A stretch of DNA of 64,000 nt from a virus, in IMG/VR virus record IMGVR_UViG_3300025133_000055, positions 1-64,000 of that record; one strand, 5' to 3'. How positions within the stretch are numbered: position 1 is the first letter of the stretch; the number at the start of each line of letters is the position of its first letter. The translations under genes were made by a program, and so were the position numbers. This document shows, piece after piece, positions 1-10,021 of this stretch. The notes beneath the pieces are model-generated. The model saw only the letters and a program-made list of their open reading frames with translations, searched no databases and had not been told where the DNA came from.

Positions 1-108
1 TCTAACGATACAAGCGCAAATGCAACGAAGAAAAAAGAAGCCAAAACGGCGGCCGCGACCGCCAACTCCGGGGTCGACTACTTCGCACCCATTCCCCCCA
101 GCGATTAA
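1..108 (+). CDS. 3' end of upstream gene (partial)
   Basis: Open frame 1 from the window edge to TAA at 106-108, followed by the SD of the next gene. Confidence 0.5.
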   Translation, partial: SNDTSANATKKKEAKTAAATANSGVDYFAPIPPSD

Positions 109-122
109 TAAAGGAAAATAAA

Positions 123-464
123 ATGTCACTATCTAGATACACTTCTCAATTTATAATAACAAACAATAGCGAAATTTATGACGAGCTATTTCGTGAAAGG
201 GGGGTTACGAAAATAAATCAATTTGAAACTCCTACAATATATCACCCAGATCTCCAGGAGCTAACAAACATATCCTATGAGACAAAAAGATGGAAAGCTG
301 GCGACCGGCTTTATAAAGTAGCACACAGATTTTATGGAGATTCGACCTACTGGTGGGTCATCGCGCAATTTAATAATAAACCAACAGAGTCTCACTTTAA
401 GGTAGGAGATATCTATTATGTCCCTCTTTCGATAGAATCGATATTAGAATATTATAGGATATAA
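123..464 (+). CDS. LysM-like baseplate wedge protein (T4 gp53/P2 gpX-like)
   Basis: GDRLYKVAHRFYGDSTYWWVIAQFN...GDIYYVP matches the LysM-type baseplate pattern. Confidence 0.75.
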   Translation: MSLSRYTSQFIITNNSEIYDELFRERGVTKINQFETPTIYHPDLQELTNISYETKRWKAGDRLYKVAHRFYGDSTYWWVIAQFNNKPTESHFKVGDIYYVPLSIESILEYYRI

Positions 465-472
465 GGTAAAAA

Positions 473-3364
473 ATGTCTGACGAACCTGACAGATTTAAGA
501 ATTTAAAAGAAATCCCTGGCTTCGATGAAAAACTGAAGACCGCCAACAACCCGGAATACGGCGCTGGCTTTGATGGTGATAAGACCATAGAGGTGTACAA
601 TGAAGGGGAGAAATTTAAAAAAGCTCTTAGGTCGGAGAAAGCCGGATATGAGGATCTAAATGCTCTTTACGATGAGAATCTCTCTGGCGACCGCGCGATA
701 TTTGACGCAGCAATTGAAGAAACATACGGTAAAGGATCAGCACCAGTTGTCCGACAACTTATCGAGGCTCAGGTAGGCACCGTCAAAGACTCCCACCTCT
801 ATAAGAGAAAGATTGATAATTTAGATCATCAGGTTTTATCCCGCGACGTAGCAAACTATTACCATATCCAGAAAAGAGCAGCCGTAGAAACTATAGTCGC
901 TAAATCGGCGTCCGAATTGAAGTCCGCTGGCATCACAGGCGACGCAAAACAACAACAATTAGACGCGGCCCGGGCGGCAGCGGAACAATTTGTGAGGGAC
1001 GATGAAGACGGCATTCTCACCGATGATGAGGTGGAAGATTTTGGAGATAAATTAAAAGAGTTTACTGCCCAAGAGCTTAAAAAAGTTGGAAAGTTTGATC
1101 ATCAAAACTATCTTCTCGGGCATGTAGGGGAGTTGGCGAAACTGTCTAAAGACCGCCGTTCTGTCGTTAACGCCTCCATACCTGTCGGAGTCCGCGCACC
1201 CGGACTTGGCGGTATTCGACAAAATGATGATAGGATTTTATCCCTATACAGCACTTCGACAAACCCCCTTAGTAAATTAAGAAAAAAAGAGAAAGGATAT
1301 GGTATTCTTTCGCTCCCGACAGAAAAACTATCTCAATTGGTGCCATCTATAAGACTTTTTAAACTATACACCACTACAGCAACCAAGAAAGGATCAAAAA
1401 AGAAAAGTTCAACTACTCATGAAGTGGAAATTCCGTTTCCCACAACAAGCTTAATATATGCAAATAGTGGTAAAAATTTTGGTGCATCTGGCGGCATCAC
1501 GGCAGGAAGCCAAGATCCTAGTAATTTTTTTAAAAATAGAGACGGATTTGGAATAAAATCTTTTGATTGGACGTTAGCCGGTAAAACGGAGGTCACCGCA
1601 AAGACAGATATAACGGCCAATTTAAATCTTTATTTCCAGGACTTCGGACAGTTAACAACTCCTAGAAAAAACAAAAAAGGTCAGGTCTTCAGATATCTTG
1701 ACCTTATTTTAGAGCAGGACGAAGCCCTGAGGCAGGGAATACAATATTTAAAAATAGTAGTGGGTTGGGCGGTTCCCTTACATCAGGGCCTTGGGTCGTT
1801 TACTTCGGAAGAATTAGACATAATAAGAGAAAATAGTATATCCCTAAAAATGACAACCACGGATTATTCTATTGTTTTTAATGATTCTGGAAACGGAACT
1901 TTCGAACTAGGCATTGAATATCGGTCTTGGGAAGGAGAATTTACGACAGATAACCTTGTTAATATTTTATTGCCATCCAAGGAAAATTGCACAATACTGG
2001 GACGACTTTCCAAAACAATAAGCGATGCGGAAAAGAATAATTTAAAAAAAGTAGGAGGAAAAGATGTCACAGAGTTACAAACAGAAAGAAGTAATTTGGA
2101 AACTTCTCTGGTTCCCGAAACACATACGAAGATAATGACCCTCTTAACAGAAAGTGAATCCATATATCATATGTCCCTTCCCCTCAAAGCGGTTTTTGAT
2201 TTCCAAGGAGTAGATGCAGCGGCCTCCGAGGGTACTCTATCGCAACTTCCCGATAGTCAAAGTGGAGAGGCAGTCAACTCGCTAGTTACAAAAATAGCCG
2301 CAGGAGAAGAAAAGCCATCAGGTTCGGAGGCAGACACAGAAGGAAATGTAGACATCTATTATACTTTTCTGGGAGATATAATCCAGGCAGCTATGGTAAA
2401 CTCTTTGGATGCGGACAAACTCAATCTTTTAAACAAAGTCGATGCCTCACAAGCTAATTTTATCAAAGTTTTAACCACAGATGTAAGATTTGGAAACGAT
2501 ATTGTGAATATTGCCGATATTCCCATAGATATTAAATTTTTTGCCTCATTCTTCTTTGAAAGAATCACAAATAAGAAAGAGGGCCAAAAAAGTCTTTCGA
2601 GCTTCATAGGTGATATGTTGGCTTATATGGTGGAAAACAGGATTGGAGATTTCTTCAATAAGCAGGCGGGAGATAATTACGAATATAAAACTTCGTGGTT
2701 TAATTTTGAAAATAAGGTCGTAGGCATACAAGATGCAAAAACAATAGTTCTCAAGGAGGGAATAAAATATTCTTATTTGGCTGTATATCCACAACCGGTG
2801 GCAGGTTTCGCCGGCTCATCTCTTATAATAAAAAAGGGAAAATACGCCAAGGCCAAAAAGACAGATCAAACACAAGATGGTATATATCATTTTATTTTGG
2901 GAGCCGCTGACTCAATCGTAAAGAGCGCCTCTTTTGAAAAAACCGATCTGAAATTCGAGAAAGAGCGAAGACTGGTCGAGGGGTCTTCGCCGTTTGCTAT
3001 CCTGAGGAATGTGTTTATGGTTAATTTGAGATTATATGGAAACACTCTTTTTTGGCCTGGAAGTTTGGTATTTATTAATCCCTCCCAAGCTGTGGGTGAC
3101 GGTGGACATCCATGGATCCCAGGTTCAATATTTAATATAATGGGTTTCGGCGGATACCATCAAGTTATAAGTGTTAAAAACACTATAAGTGATAATACAT
3201 TTGAAACTGCTTTGGAGACTAAATTTATAAATTCGGGAAACCCGCCGGTTAAAGGGTCGGGGTCGAAGGGTAAGACTACACAGGGCGGACTTGTCCGTGG
3301 GCAGAGCACCCCAGATGAAGTAGGGATAAAGGCTGTTCGAACTGAAGGGGGTGTCAAAAAGTGA
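473..3364 (+). CDS. large virion protein, probable baseplate hub (gp27/GpD-like C-terminus)
   Basis: 963 aa; C-terminal LYGNTLFWPGSLVFI...GGYHQVISVKNTI...FETALE resembles hub proteins; next to the LysM wedge gene. Confidence 0.55.
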   Translation: MSDEPDRFKNLKEIPGFDEKLKTANNPEYGAGFDGDKTIEVYNEGEKFKKALRSEKAGYEDLNALYDENLSGDRAIFDAAIEETYGKGSAPVVRQLIEAQVGTVKDSHLYKRKIDNLDHQVLSRDVANYYHIQKRAAVETIVAKSASELKSAGITGDAKQQQLDAARAAAEQFVRDDEDGILTDDEVEDFGDKLKEFTAQELKKVGKFDHQNYLLGHVGELAKLSKDRRSVVNASIPVGVRAPGLGGIRQNDDRILSLYSTSTNPLSKLRKKEKGYGILSLPTEKLSQLVPSIRLFKLYTTTATKKGSKKKSSTTHEVEIPFPTTSLIYANSGKNFGASGGITAGSQDPSNFFKNRDGFGIKSFDWTLAGKTEVTAKTDITANLNLYFQDFGQLTTPRKNKKGQVFRYLDLILEQDEALRQGIQYLKIVVGWAVPLHQGLGSFTSEELDIIRENSISLKMTTTDYSIVFNDSGNGTFELGIEYRSWEGEFTTDNLVNILLPSKENCTILGRLSKTISDAEKNNLKKVGGKDVTELQTERSNLETSLVPETHTKIMTLLTESESIYHMSLPLKAVFDFQGVDAAASEGTLSQLPDSQSGEAVNSLVTKIAAGEEKPSGSEADTEGNVDIYYTFLGDIIQAAMVNSLDADKLNLLNKVDASQANFIKVLTTDVRFGNDIVNIADIPIDIKFFASFFFERITNKKEGQKSLSSFIGDMLAYMVENRIGDFFNKQAGDNYEYKTSWFNFENKVVGIQDAKTIVLKEGIKYSYLAVYPQPVAGFAGSSLIIKKGKYAKAKKTDQTQDGIYHFILGAADSIVKSASFEKTDLKFEKERRLVEGSSPFAILRNVFMVNLRLYGNTLFWPGSLVFINPSQAVGDGGHPWIPGSIFNIMGFGGYHQVISVKNTISDNTFETALETKFINSGNPPVKGSGSKGKTTQGGLVRGQSTPDEVGIKAVRTEGGVKK

Positions 3365-3392
3365 GACACCTTTACAACAGGATTTCTAAATA

Positions 3393-4676
3393 ATGGCTAT
3401 AAAATATAAAGCGACAAATTCAACAAATTTATTATCTTTATTCGTAGAAAGAATATTGTATGACGCAATTTTTATATCACCCGAAAATGCAGATCAACTT
3501 TTTGTTGTACCTGGAGGAAGGCAAAAAGCTTCCGGTGAGGCTATTGGCGTCAAAAATTATTGGGCATTCGAAAACATCTTATATGGTAAAGTAAATAAAA
3601 GCCTGATATGTGTAGCCCCCATAAAAGAAATATTAAAACCTATTGATAGCGATGGAGAGACATTTTATGTCTTTTCAGAAGTGGCCGAGTGTTATTCAAC
3701 TTTTAGGGATTTTTTTAACTTGAGGGCAAGATATGGTAATCTGGCCGAAGACAATTATTTGCAGTCTCCTAAAATTTTTAAGGCGTTCGAAGATGCAGAT
3801 ATAAATTATAATGTTTATTTGACTAAAAGGGTGTCCAAGTTTAATAAAAATATCTTTTTAGAACAACAGAACAATAAAATAAAAAATATAAAAGATTATT
3901 CAAAAAAATTTATAAATGATTTTATGAATAACAAGGGAGATAATATATTAACGAGAACTGCCTATCGCTTATCAAATAAAGTTTCCTCGATTTCTTCGGG
4001 TCTTTCTATAGAAATAGCAGATTTAGACCCATCAAGTAATGCAGATAAACAATTGTTCCTCGATTCTCCAAATTTTCAATTTTATAGACAATCAGCAATA
4101 AATGCCGGATTCCTTATTGATAAAAATATTCCTTGGAAATTAAATTTTGATATGTCATCTCCAACAAATAAAGATAAAATACGACTTGCAGGCCCCGGCA
4201 TTGATGCAGCCACAAGTTATTTGACTGAAAATTTTGTTAGAGTTTATCGCGAAGACATCGAGTATTTACTTTCCATGATCGTAATGGGGTATAATTCTTT
4301 GGTTAATGATGCTCCATTTTATAGAGAGGGTCTTTGTGTTTTCTCACGGGAAAAAGTCGATAAAGAAAAGGTATTCGAAGAAACCTTAAAAAGAAATTAT
4401 TGGATTAAAAAGTATATTTTAATAAGAAATAAAGAAACCGGACATCCGTATAGAGACACCGAGATTGATAAAATAATTTTTAATGCTATCGATCTACCAG
4501 AAGGTCGGGGGATAGATTATATTGATAAGAAATTTAGATTGCCATTCATATATGAGGGATCGCTTACCTATGAGCTTTTCAGACAAAATTTTACACAAAA
4601 TACGAAATTTCCCCTTGACAATTTCTCTGAATATGTTAAAATAGTAATACAAAGAGCGATTAACGAAATATATTGA
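3393..4676 (+). CDS. hypothetical protein
   Basis: 427-aa ORF, no motif recognised. Confidence 0.6.
   Translation: MAIKYKATNSTNLLSLFVERILYDAIFISPENADQLFVVPGGRQKASGEAIGVKNYWAFENILYGKVNKSLICVAPIKEILKPIDSDGETFYVFSEVAECYSTFRDFFNLRARYGNLAEDNYLQSPKIFKAFEDADINYNVYLTKRVSKFNKNIFLEQQNNKIKNIKDYSKKFINDFMNNKGDNILTRTAYRLSNKVSSISSGLSIEIADLDPSSNADKQLFLDSPNFQFYRQSAINAGFLIDKNIPWKLNFDMSSPTNKDKIRLAGPGIDAATSYLTENFVRVYREDIEYLLSMIVMGYNSLVNDAPFYREGLCVFSREKVDKEKVFEETLKRNYWIKKYILIRNKETGHPYRDTEIDKIIFNAIDLPEGRGIDYIDKKFRLPFIYEGSLTYELFRQNFTQNTKFPLDNFSEYVKIVIQRAINEIY
4615..4642 (+). promoter_or_regulatory. sigma70-type promoter inside the 3' end of the upstream gene
   Basis: TTGACA-N16-TAAAAT with extended -10 TG. Confidence 0.55.
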
Positions 4677-4682
4677 GGGATC

Positions 4683-5864
4683 ATGCTTTTTCAGACACTT
4701 GACGACAAAAAAGATTGCGTCGGAATTTACTATGATGAACTTCTTTTCAACCAAGAATTGCCAGATGACCTGACTCACACATGGTCATATTCGGGATTTC
4801 TCAAAGGGAAGGAGATTGAGTATGCAAAACTCTATTGTGGAGGAAAAACCCTCGATATGGTATGTCCAGAGGCCCTGAAAGACCGCTACAAGAGATCCAG
4901 TGACAAACTCAGGGCTTTCGTCAAATCTTTTATGACGGCTCGTGTATCGCTCGATGAGAACTGTTTTTTTGATTTAGTACCTCAAAGATTCCTTGAGGAG
5001 TTCTGTCAAGTCAAAAATTATATTTGTGAGCACGTTTTTGAGAATTATGAAAGGCCAAAGAATTATGATTATCTTGTTTCTTTGACTGAGATAATCGAAG
5101 ACATAAAATATAGAAGTTTAAATTTGAATCCCAAGAATCTTTCCATGTTTAAGGCAGATCATAGAAAATTTTCACAAAATTTAAATCAGATTGAACATTC
5201 GTGCAAATTTAATATTCACGGAACAAAGACGGGGCGCCTAACAACAGTGCCGAAGAGCTTTCCAATTCTAACTTTAAAGAAAGAGCTTCGCTGTGTGGTC
5301 AAACCTCATAATGATTATTTTGTTGAGCTTGATTTTAACGCTGCGGAGTTACGAACTTTGCTTGCTTTGCAGGGGAAGTCTCAGCCGATCGGCGATATAC
5401 ACGAATGGAACATTAAGAATATATTTCAAGACTCAATAACGAGGGACGAGGCCAAAAAAAGAATTTTCGCATGGTTATATAATCCCGAGAGCGAGGACCA
5501 CCGGTGCGAGCATACATATAACAGGGAGTCGGTGGTACAAAAGTACTTCACACAGGGCCAAGTGAAAACCTTTTGGGACAAGGTGATCCCGTCAGAGGAG
5601 AGAACCGCATTGAATTACATTATTCAATCAACATGTGCCGAAAATGTTCTGAGACAAATGATTAAAGTATCTAATTACCTAAAAGGATGTAAATCATATG
5701 TTGCTTTCCCGATCCATGATTCTATTGTACTTGACCTTTCTAAAGAAGACAAAGAAAAATTGCCAGAAATCATAGATATTTTTTCTAATACGGCCCTTGG
5801 TAAATTTATGGTGAATGTCAGAGTAGGTCAAAATTTTGGCCAACTAGAGAAACTGGGGGTATAA
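4683..5864 (+). CDS. truncated family A DNA polymerase (polymerase domain only)
   Basis: GTKTGRLT, motif A ELDFNAAELR, motif B RDEAKKRIFAWLY, IIQSTCA, motif C IHDS. Confidence 0.8.
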   Translation: MLFQTLDDKKDCVGIYYDELLFNQELPDDLTHTWSYSGFLKGKEIEYAKLYCGGKTLDMVCPEALKDRYKRSSDKLRAFVKSFMTARVSLDENCFFDLVPQRFLEEFCQVKNYICEHVFENYERPKNYDYLVSLTEIIEDIKYRSLNLNPKNLSMFKADHRKFSQNLNQIEHSCKFNIHGTKTGRLTTVPKSFPILTLKKELRCVVKPHNDYFVELDFNAAELRTLLALQGKSQPIGDIHEWNIKNIFQDSITRDEAKKRIFAWLYNPESEDHRCEHTYNRESVVQKYFTQGQVKTFWDKVIPSEERTALNYIIQSTCAENVLRQMIKVSNYLKGCKSYVAFPIHDSIVLDLSKEDKEKLPEIIDIFSNTALGKFMVNVRVGQNFGQLEKLGV

Positions 5865-5865
5865 T

Positions 5866-6705
5866 TTGAATATCATAGGTCTAGGGGATGCTGGGTGTAA
5901 TATTGCAGATGCTTTTAATCAATATCCTCAGTATAAAATATTTAAAATAAATGTTGACATCGAGGGAAAGGGGTGCTATAATGTATTAAAGTGTCAGACA
6001 GCAGAGGAATACGAGAACGTGGATCTCCCAAAAATCAAAACATTTTTCAAGGGAACAAAGGGAGAGACCCTTTTTATTATTGGAGGTTCAGGAAAAATAT
6101 CTTGTGCTTCTTTAAAAATATTGGAACACATTAGGCATTTGCCAATTTCTGTTCTTTATATTAAACCAGACATGATGTTGCTCAATAAAGTACAAAAAAT
6201 GCGTGAAAGACTCGTTTTTGGTGTGATGCAAGAGTACGCACGATCTGGAGTTTTTGAGAAGATGTATATAGTTTCAAATACCGAACTTGATTCTGTTGTG
6301 GGGAGTGCCCCGATTATCGGATATCACGATAAGTTAAATGAAGTTTTAGTTTCAACGATCCATATGATAAATGTATTCCAGAATACAAAACCAGTAATTG
6401 GCAAAATCGGGAAACCCAAGGAAACACACCGCATATTAACGATCGGCCTTTTCGACGCGGAAAAAAATGAAGAAAAAATGTTTTTTTCCCTTGACAAAGC
6501 CCGCGAAAGATGTTATATTTATAGTATAAACGAAGATAAGTTAAGAACCGATAGCGATTTATTCAACAAGCTGAAAAAGCAAGTGAAATCAAAAACAACA
6601 GAAGATCTCAATATAACATACGCTGTGTATTCAACCAATTACGACTATGATCTCGGCTATGTTATAGAAAGAACACCAAACATCCAATTACAGGAAATAA
6701 ATTGA
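5866..6705 (+). CDS. divergent tubulin/FtsZ-like protein
   Basis: N-terminal IIGLGDAGCNIA (FtsZ/tubulin T1 loop); degenerate signature GGSGKISCAS; later YIVSN and NEVL elements. Confidence 0.65.
   Translation: MNIIGLGDAGCNIADAFNQYPQYKIFKINVDIEGKGCYNVLKCQTAEEYENVDLPKIKTFFKGTKGETLFIIGGSGKISCASLKILEHIRHLPISVLYIKPDMMLLNKVQKMRERLVFGVMQEYARSGVFEKMYIVSNTELDSVVGSAPIIGYHDKLNEVLVSTIHMINVFQNTKPVIGKIGKPKETHRILTIGLFDAEKNEEKMFFSLDKARERCYIYSINEDKLRTDSDLFNKLKKQVKSKTTEDLNITYAVYSTNYDYDLGYVIERTPNIQLQEIN
5954..5982 (+). promoter_or_regulatory. sigma70-type promoter (intragenic)
   Basis: TTGACA-N17-TATAAT with TG, perfect consensus. Confidence 0.6.
6491..6519 (+). promoter_or_regulatory. sigma70-type promoter (intragenic)
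   Basis: TTGACA-N17-TATATT with TG. Confidence 0.55.
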
Positions 6706-6971
6706 AAGCACATTCAGGAACATTTAGGAAAATAGACGGAAGTCTACGAACAATGAGATTTATAACACTGGACAACCTTCCAGAAGGATTTTTTATCTCT
6801 CAAACAAAGGGCACCGGCAAGAAGAGAACTCTTGCAGAGGGGAGCAATCTTGTTTGGGATTTGGATAAACAAGGATTTCGTGTTTTTAACAGAAACACGA
6901 TTATAGGGGAGATTGAGGATTTCAATATTGAAAGTCTTGAGAACTTCGAACTCATTAGTAATTTTGAGTAA
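6702..6971 (+). CDS. SH3-like/WYL_2 (DUF2693-type) phage protein
   Basis: FRKIDGSLRTM...VWDLDKQGFRVFN pattern. Confidence 0.65.
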   Translation: MKAHSGTFRKIDGSLRTMRFITLDNLPEGFFISQTKGTGKKRTLAEGSNLVWDLDKQGFRVFNRNTIIGEIEDFNIESLENFELISNFE

Positions 6972-7058
6972 ACAACAAAACAAACTAGCAAGACGAGAGA
7001 TTTGTCGTCTTGACTTTAGCCAATGGCACAATTTCAATAATAAAAGGAGAAAATTAAC

Positions 7059-7835
7059 ATGGCACTAGATATTGCAAAAATTCGAGCAAGGCTCGATAGC
7101 GTTAAAAACAACGGGAAGGCAGGAGGGTCTTTTTGGCGTCCAAAAGACGGCACACAGACAATCCGCATCGTTCCAACTGCTGACGGCGATCCCTTTAAGG
7201 ATTATTGGTTCCACTATAACTTGGGCCCAGATCAGCGAGGAGGCCTTCTCTGTCCTAAGAAAAATCATGGGGAAGGATGTCCCATCTGTGATTTTAAGGA
7301 TCGACTCTGGAAGGAATTTAATGGGAATCAGGATCCTGATACCATGAAACTCGCTAAGGACTTGAGCCCTCGTCAACGCTTCTTCTCACCCGTAATGGTT
7401 CGTGGTGAAGAGGCAGAAGGAATTCGTATCTGGGGCTATGGTAAAGAAGCCTATACTTCCCTCCTCAACTTGGTTTTGAATCCCGAGTATGGTGATATTA
7501 CTGCGATCGATGACGGAACCGATCTTACTATGACCTACGGGAAGCCGCCGGGAGCACAGTTCCCCAAGACCACTTTGACGCCGCGTCGACGAACCTCTCC
7601 GCTTTGTGATGAAGCAGTGGGAGGAGATGAGGAGTGCACTCGACTTATGGATAATATCCCTAACATCGATGGTCTCTTCCCCAAAAAGACGCTTGAAGAA
7701 GTTCAAGCAGCTTTGGACGGATTTATTAATTCTCTGGAAGGCACGAGCGATGAATCCGATTCTTTCACTCCTCCTACTCCATCGAATACAACTCCTGATG
7801 TTGTTGCTGCATTCAATGAGTTAACTGGAAACTAA
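7059..7835 (+). CDS. single-stranded DNA-binding protein (T4 gp32-like)
   Basis: FWRP..G...IRIVP, Zn ligands HY...CPK...CPIC, YGDIT..DDGTD, acidic tail. Confidence 0.85.
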   Translation: MALDIAKIRARLDSVKNNGKAGGSFWRPKDGTQTIRIVPTADGDPFKDYWFHYNLGPDQRGGLLCPKKNHGEGCPICDFKDRLWKEFNGNQDPDTMKLAKDLSPRQRFFSPVMVRGEEAEGIRIWGYGKEAYTSLLNLVLNPEYGDITAIDDGTDLTMTYGKPPGAQFPKTTLTPRRRTSPLCDEAVGGDEECTRLMDNIPNIDGLFPKKTLEEVQAALDGFINSLEGTSDESDSFTPPTPSNTTPDVVAAFNELTGN

Positions 7836-7852
7836 CAATCCCCCCCACCGTT

Positions 7853-7889
7853 TGGGGGCACGCGGTTTAAAATAAGTGCTCCCATTTTT
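7853..7889 (+). terminator. hairpin/putative terminator between ssb and recA
   Basis: gggggcac...gtgctccc stem followed by a T-rich run; overlaps an alternative C-tract/G-tract hairpin. Confidence 0.35.
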
Positions 7890-7907
7890 ATTTCGAGGGA
7901 TTAATTT

Positions 7908-9014
7908 ATGGCAAGAAAACCAACACCAACCGGCAAACTTTCAATGTCTGAGATGCGGAAGCTTATCAACAAGAAGGCCGGAATGAATGTCGCCCACGAC
8001 CTCAATGAGGCAAACCCGACAGAGGTTACCCAGTGGATTCCTACCGGCTCACGTTGGCTTGATTCCATTATCTGCCGAGGGCAGTTGTCTGGGATCCCCG
8101 TAGGAAAAGTTACGGAAATCGCAGGTTTAGAGGCAACTGGCAAATCCTATATGGCAGCACAAATCGCCGCCAATGCTCAAAAGATGGACATGGATGTTGT
8201 TTATTTCGATTCAGAATCTGCCATCGATCCAAAATTTCTTATAAATGCCGGGTGTGACTTAGGAAGACTTCTATATATCCAGGCCCAGTCCGTAGAATTT
8301 GTTCTCGAAACTATCGAAGAGCTACTCGGATCCAAAAATCAGATTCTTTTTATCTGGGATTCGCTGGCACTAACACCGGCCATTAGCGAGGTCCAAGGCA
8401 GCTTTGATCCGATGTCGCAAATGGCTATGAAGGCTCGCATTCTTGCGAGGGCTATGTCAAAGTTGGCCCTACCCATCGCAAATGCCAAAGCAACATTCCT
8501 CGTTCTAAATCAATTAAAGACGAATATTACTCGCATTGCGTCAGAGGCGATGACCACCCCATATGTAACTCCCGGCGGGAAAGCTATGATTTATGCTTAT
8601 TCTCTCCGCATTTGGCTAACAGGCCGCAAAGCCAAGGCAAGTTTTGTTCTTGATGACAACGGCTTTCGCATTGGCTCGGAAGTCAAGGTAAAACTTGAAA
8701 AGTCCCGATTTGGAACTTCGGGCAGACGCTGTAATTTCCGCATCCTTTGGGGTGGCGATGATGTCGCCATTCAAGATGACGAGTCGCTCTTCGACGCGAT
8801 AAAGGGATCGGATAACATCATCCAGTCAGGTGCTTGGTATACCATGATTTTCGAAGATGGCTCAACTGAAAAGTTTCAGGCAACGAAGTGGGTCGAGAAA
8901 ATGCAAGATGATAAGTTTCGGAAAAGAGTCTATCAGATCATCGATGAAGAAGTAATTTATAAATTTGATAATCGACAAGGAAAAGCAGAAGATTTTTACG
9001 AAGTCGAAGAGTAG
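7908..9014 (+). CDS. recA: RecA/UvsX recombinase
   Basis: IPTGS..LD, Walker A GLEATGKS, WDSLA, NQLK, TPGGKA, KLEKSRF. Confidence 0.92.
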   Translation: MARKPTPTGKLSMSEMRKLINKKAGMNVAHDLNEANPTEVTQWIPTGSRWLDSIICRGQLSGIPVGKVTEIAGLEATGKSYMAAQIAANAQKMDMDVVYFDSESAIDPKFLINAGCDLGRLLYIQAQSVEFVLETIEELLGSKNQILFIWDSLALTPAISEVQGSFDPMSQMAMKARILARAMSKLALPIANAKATFLVLNQLKTNITRIASEAMTTPYVTPGGKAMIYAYSLRIWLTGRKAKASFVLDDNGFRIGSEVKVKLEKSRFGTSGRRCNFRILWGGDDVAIQDDESLFDAIKGSDNIIQSGAWYTMIFEDGSTEKFQATKWVEKMQDDKFRKRVYQIIDEEVIYKFDNRQGKAEDFYEVEE

Positions 9015-9020
9015 GTCAAA

Positions 9021-9977
9021 ATGAAGAGAGTAATGGTCATCGATGCCCTGAATGCATATTTCAGGGCATATATTGTTAACCCCAGTCTATCCAAAAATGG
9101 CCAGCCGATCGGAGGATATAAAGGTTTCCTCGGGATCTTACAGAAGCTTTGCCGAGAGATGAAGCCTGATGAAATTATTATAGCTTGGGACGGGGCTGGT
9201 GGTTCCCTGCGAAGAAAGCAGATTAACTCGAACTATAAGGAGGGGCGCAAGCCCATCCGACTCAACCGCGATGTCCGTGTCCTTACTAAAGATGAGGAGA
9301 TGCAAAATAAAGTTTGGCAGCAATACCGGCTCATGGAGATACTAAACTTTATGCCAGTTATTCAATTGATGGCAGACTGTGTTGAAGCGGACGACATTAT
9401 CTCGTTTATCTCGCAGTCTCCACGGTATAAGGGATGGCAGAAGGTGATCATATCCAGCGACAAAGATTTCTTCCAATTGTGTGATGATGAGACGGTTCTT
9501 TATCGACCAATTCAAAAGAAATTCATGAACAAGCCAAGGCTCCTGGAAGAGTTTAAAATTCACCCAACGAATTTTGCCTTAGCTCGCGCCATGGCAGGCG
9601 ATTCAAGCGACAACCTTCCGGGAGTTAAGGGTGTCGGCCTCGGAACCATTTCTAAACGCCTCCCATTTTTCGCGGAGGAGAAGTCCGTGACTATTCCAGC
9701 ACTCATAGAATTCTGCGAGAACGACAATACAGGATTGAAGGCCTTCTCTTCAATCTGTGAAGCAGAAGAAATTATAACAGAAAATTATAAAATCATGCAA
9801 CTCTACTCCCCGTCTATGTCAATTAATGATAAAAGCAGGGTAAAGCACACTCTTGATAATTTCGAGCCAGAGTTTAACAAGACAGAAGTGATTAAACGCA
9901 TGGCCGAAGATGGCTTTGGAAACTGGGATACATCAGACCTGTTTTCTACTTTCAAAAGAATATCAAGTAAGGCTTGA
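9021..9977 (+). CDS. 5'-3' exonuclease/flap nuclease (PolI N-terminal/T4 RNase H type)
   Basis: IDALN, AWDG, YKEGR, EADD, SSDKDF, GDSSDNLPGVKGVG. Confidence 0.92.
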   Translation: MKRVMVIDALNAYFRAYIVNPSLSKNGQPIGGYKGFLGILQKLCREMKPDEIIIAWDGAGGSLRRKQINSNYKEGRKPIRLNRDVRVLTKDEEMQNKVWQQYRLMEILNFMPVIQLMADCVEADDIISFISQSPRYKGWQKVIISSDKDFFQLCDDETVLYRPIQKKFMNKPRLLEEFKIHPTNFALARAMAGDSSDNLPGVKGVGLGTISKRLPFFAEEKSVTIPALIEFCENDNTGLKAFSSICEAEEIITENYKIMQLYSPSMSINDKSRVKHTLDNFEPEFNKTEVIKRMAEDGFGNWDTSDLFSTFKRISSKA

Positions 9978-10002
9978 CAAGACGAATCTTAGGTGTTATA
10001 AT
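9974..10002 (+). promoter_or_regulatory. sigma70-type promoter of the helicase gene
   Basis: TTGACA-N17-TATAAT with TG. Confidence 0.75.
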
Positions 10003-10021
10003 AAAATAATGGGGGGGAATA

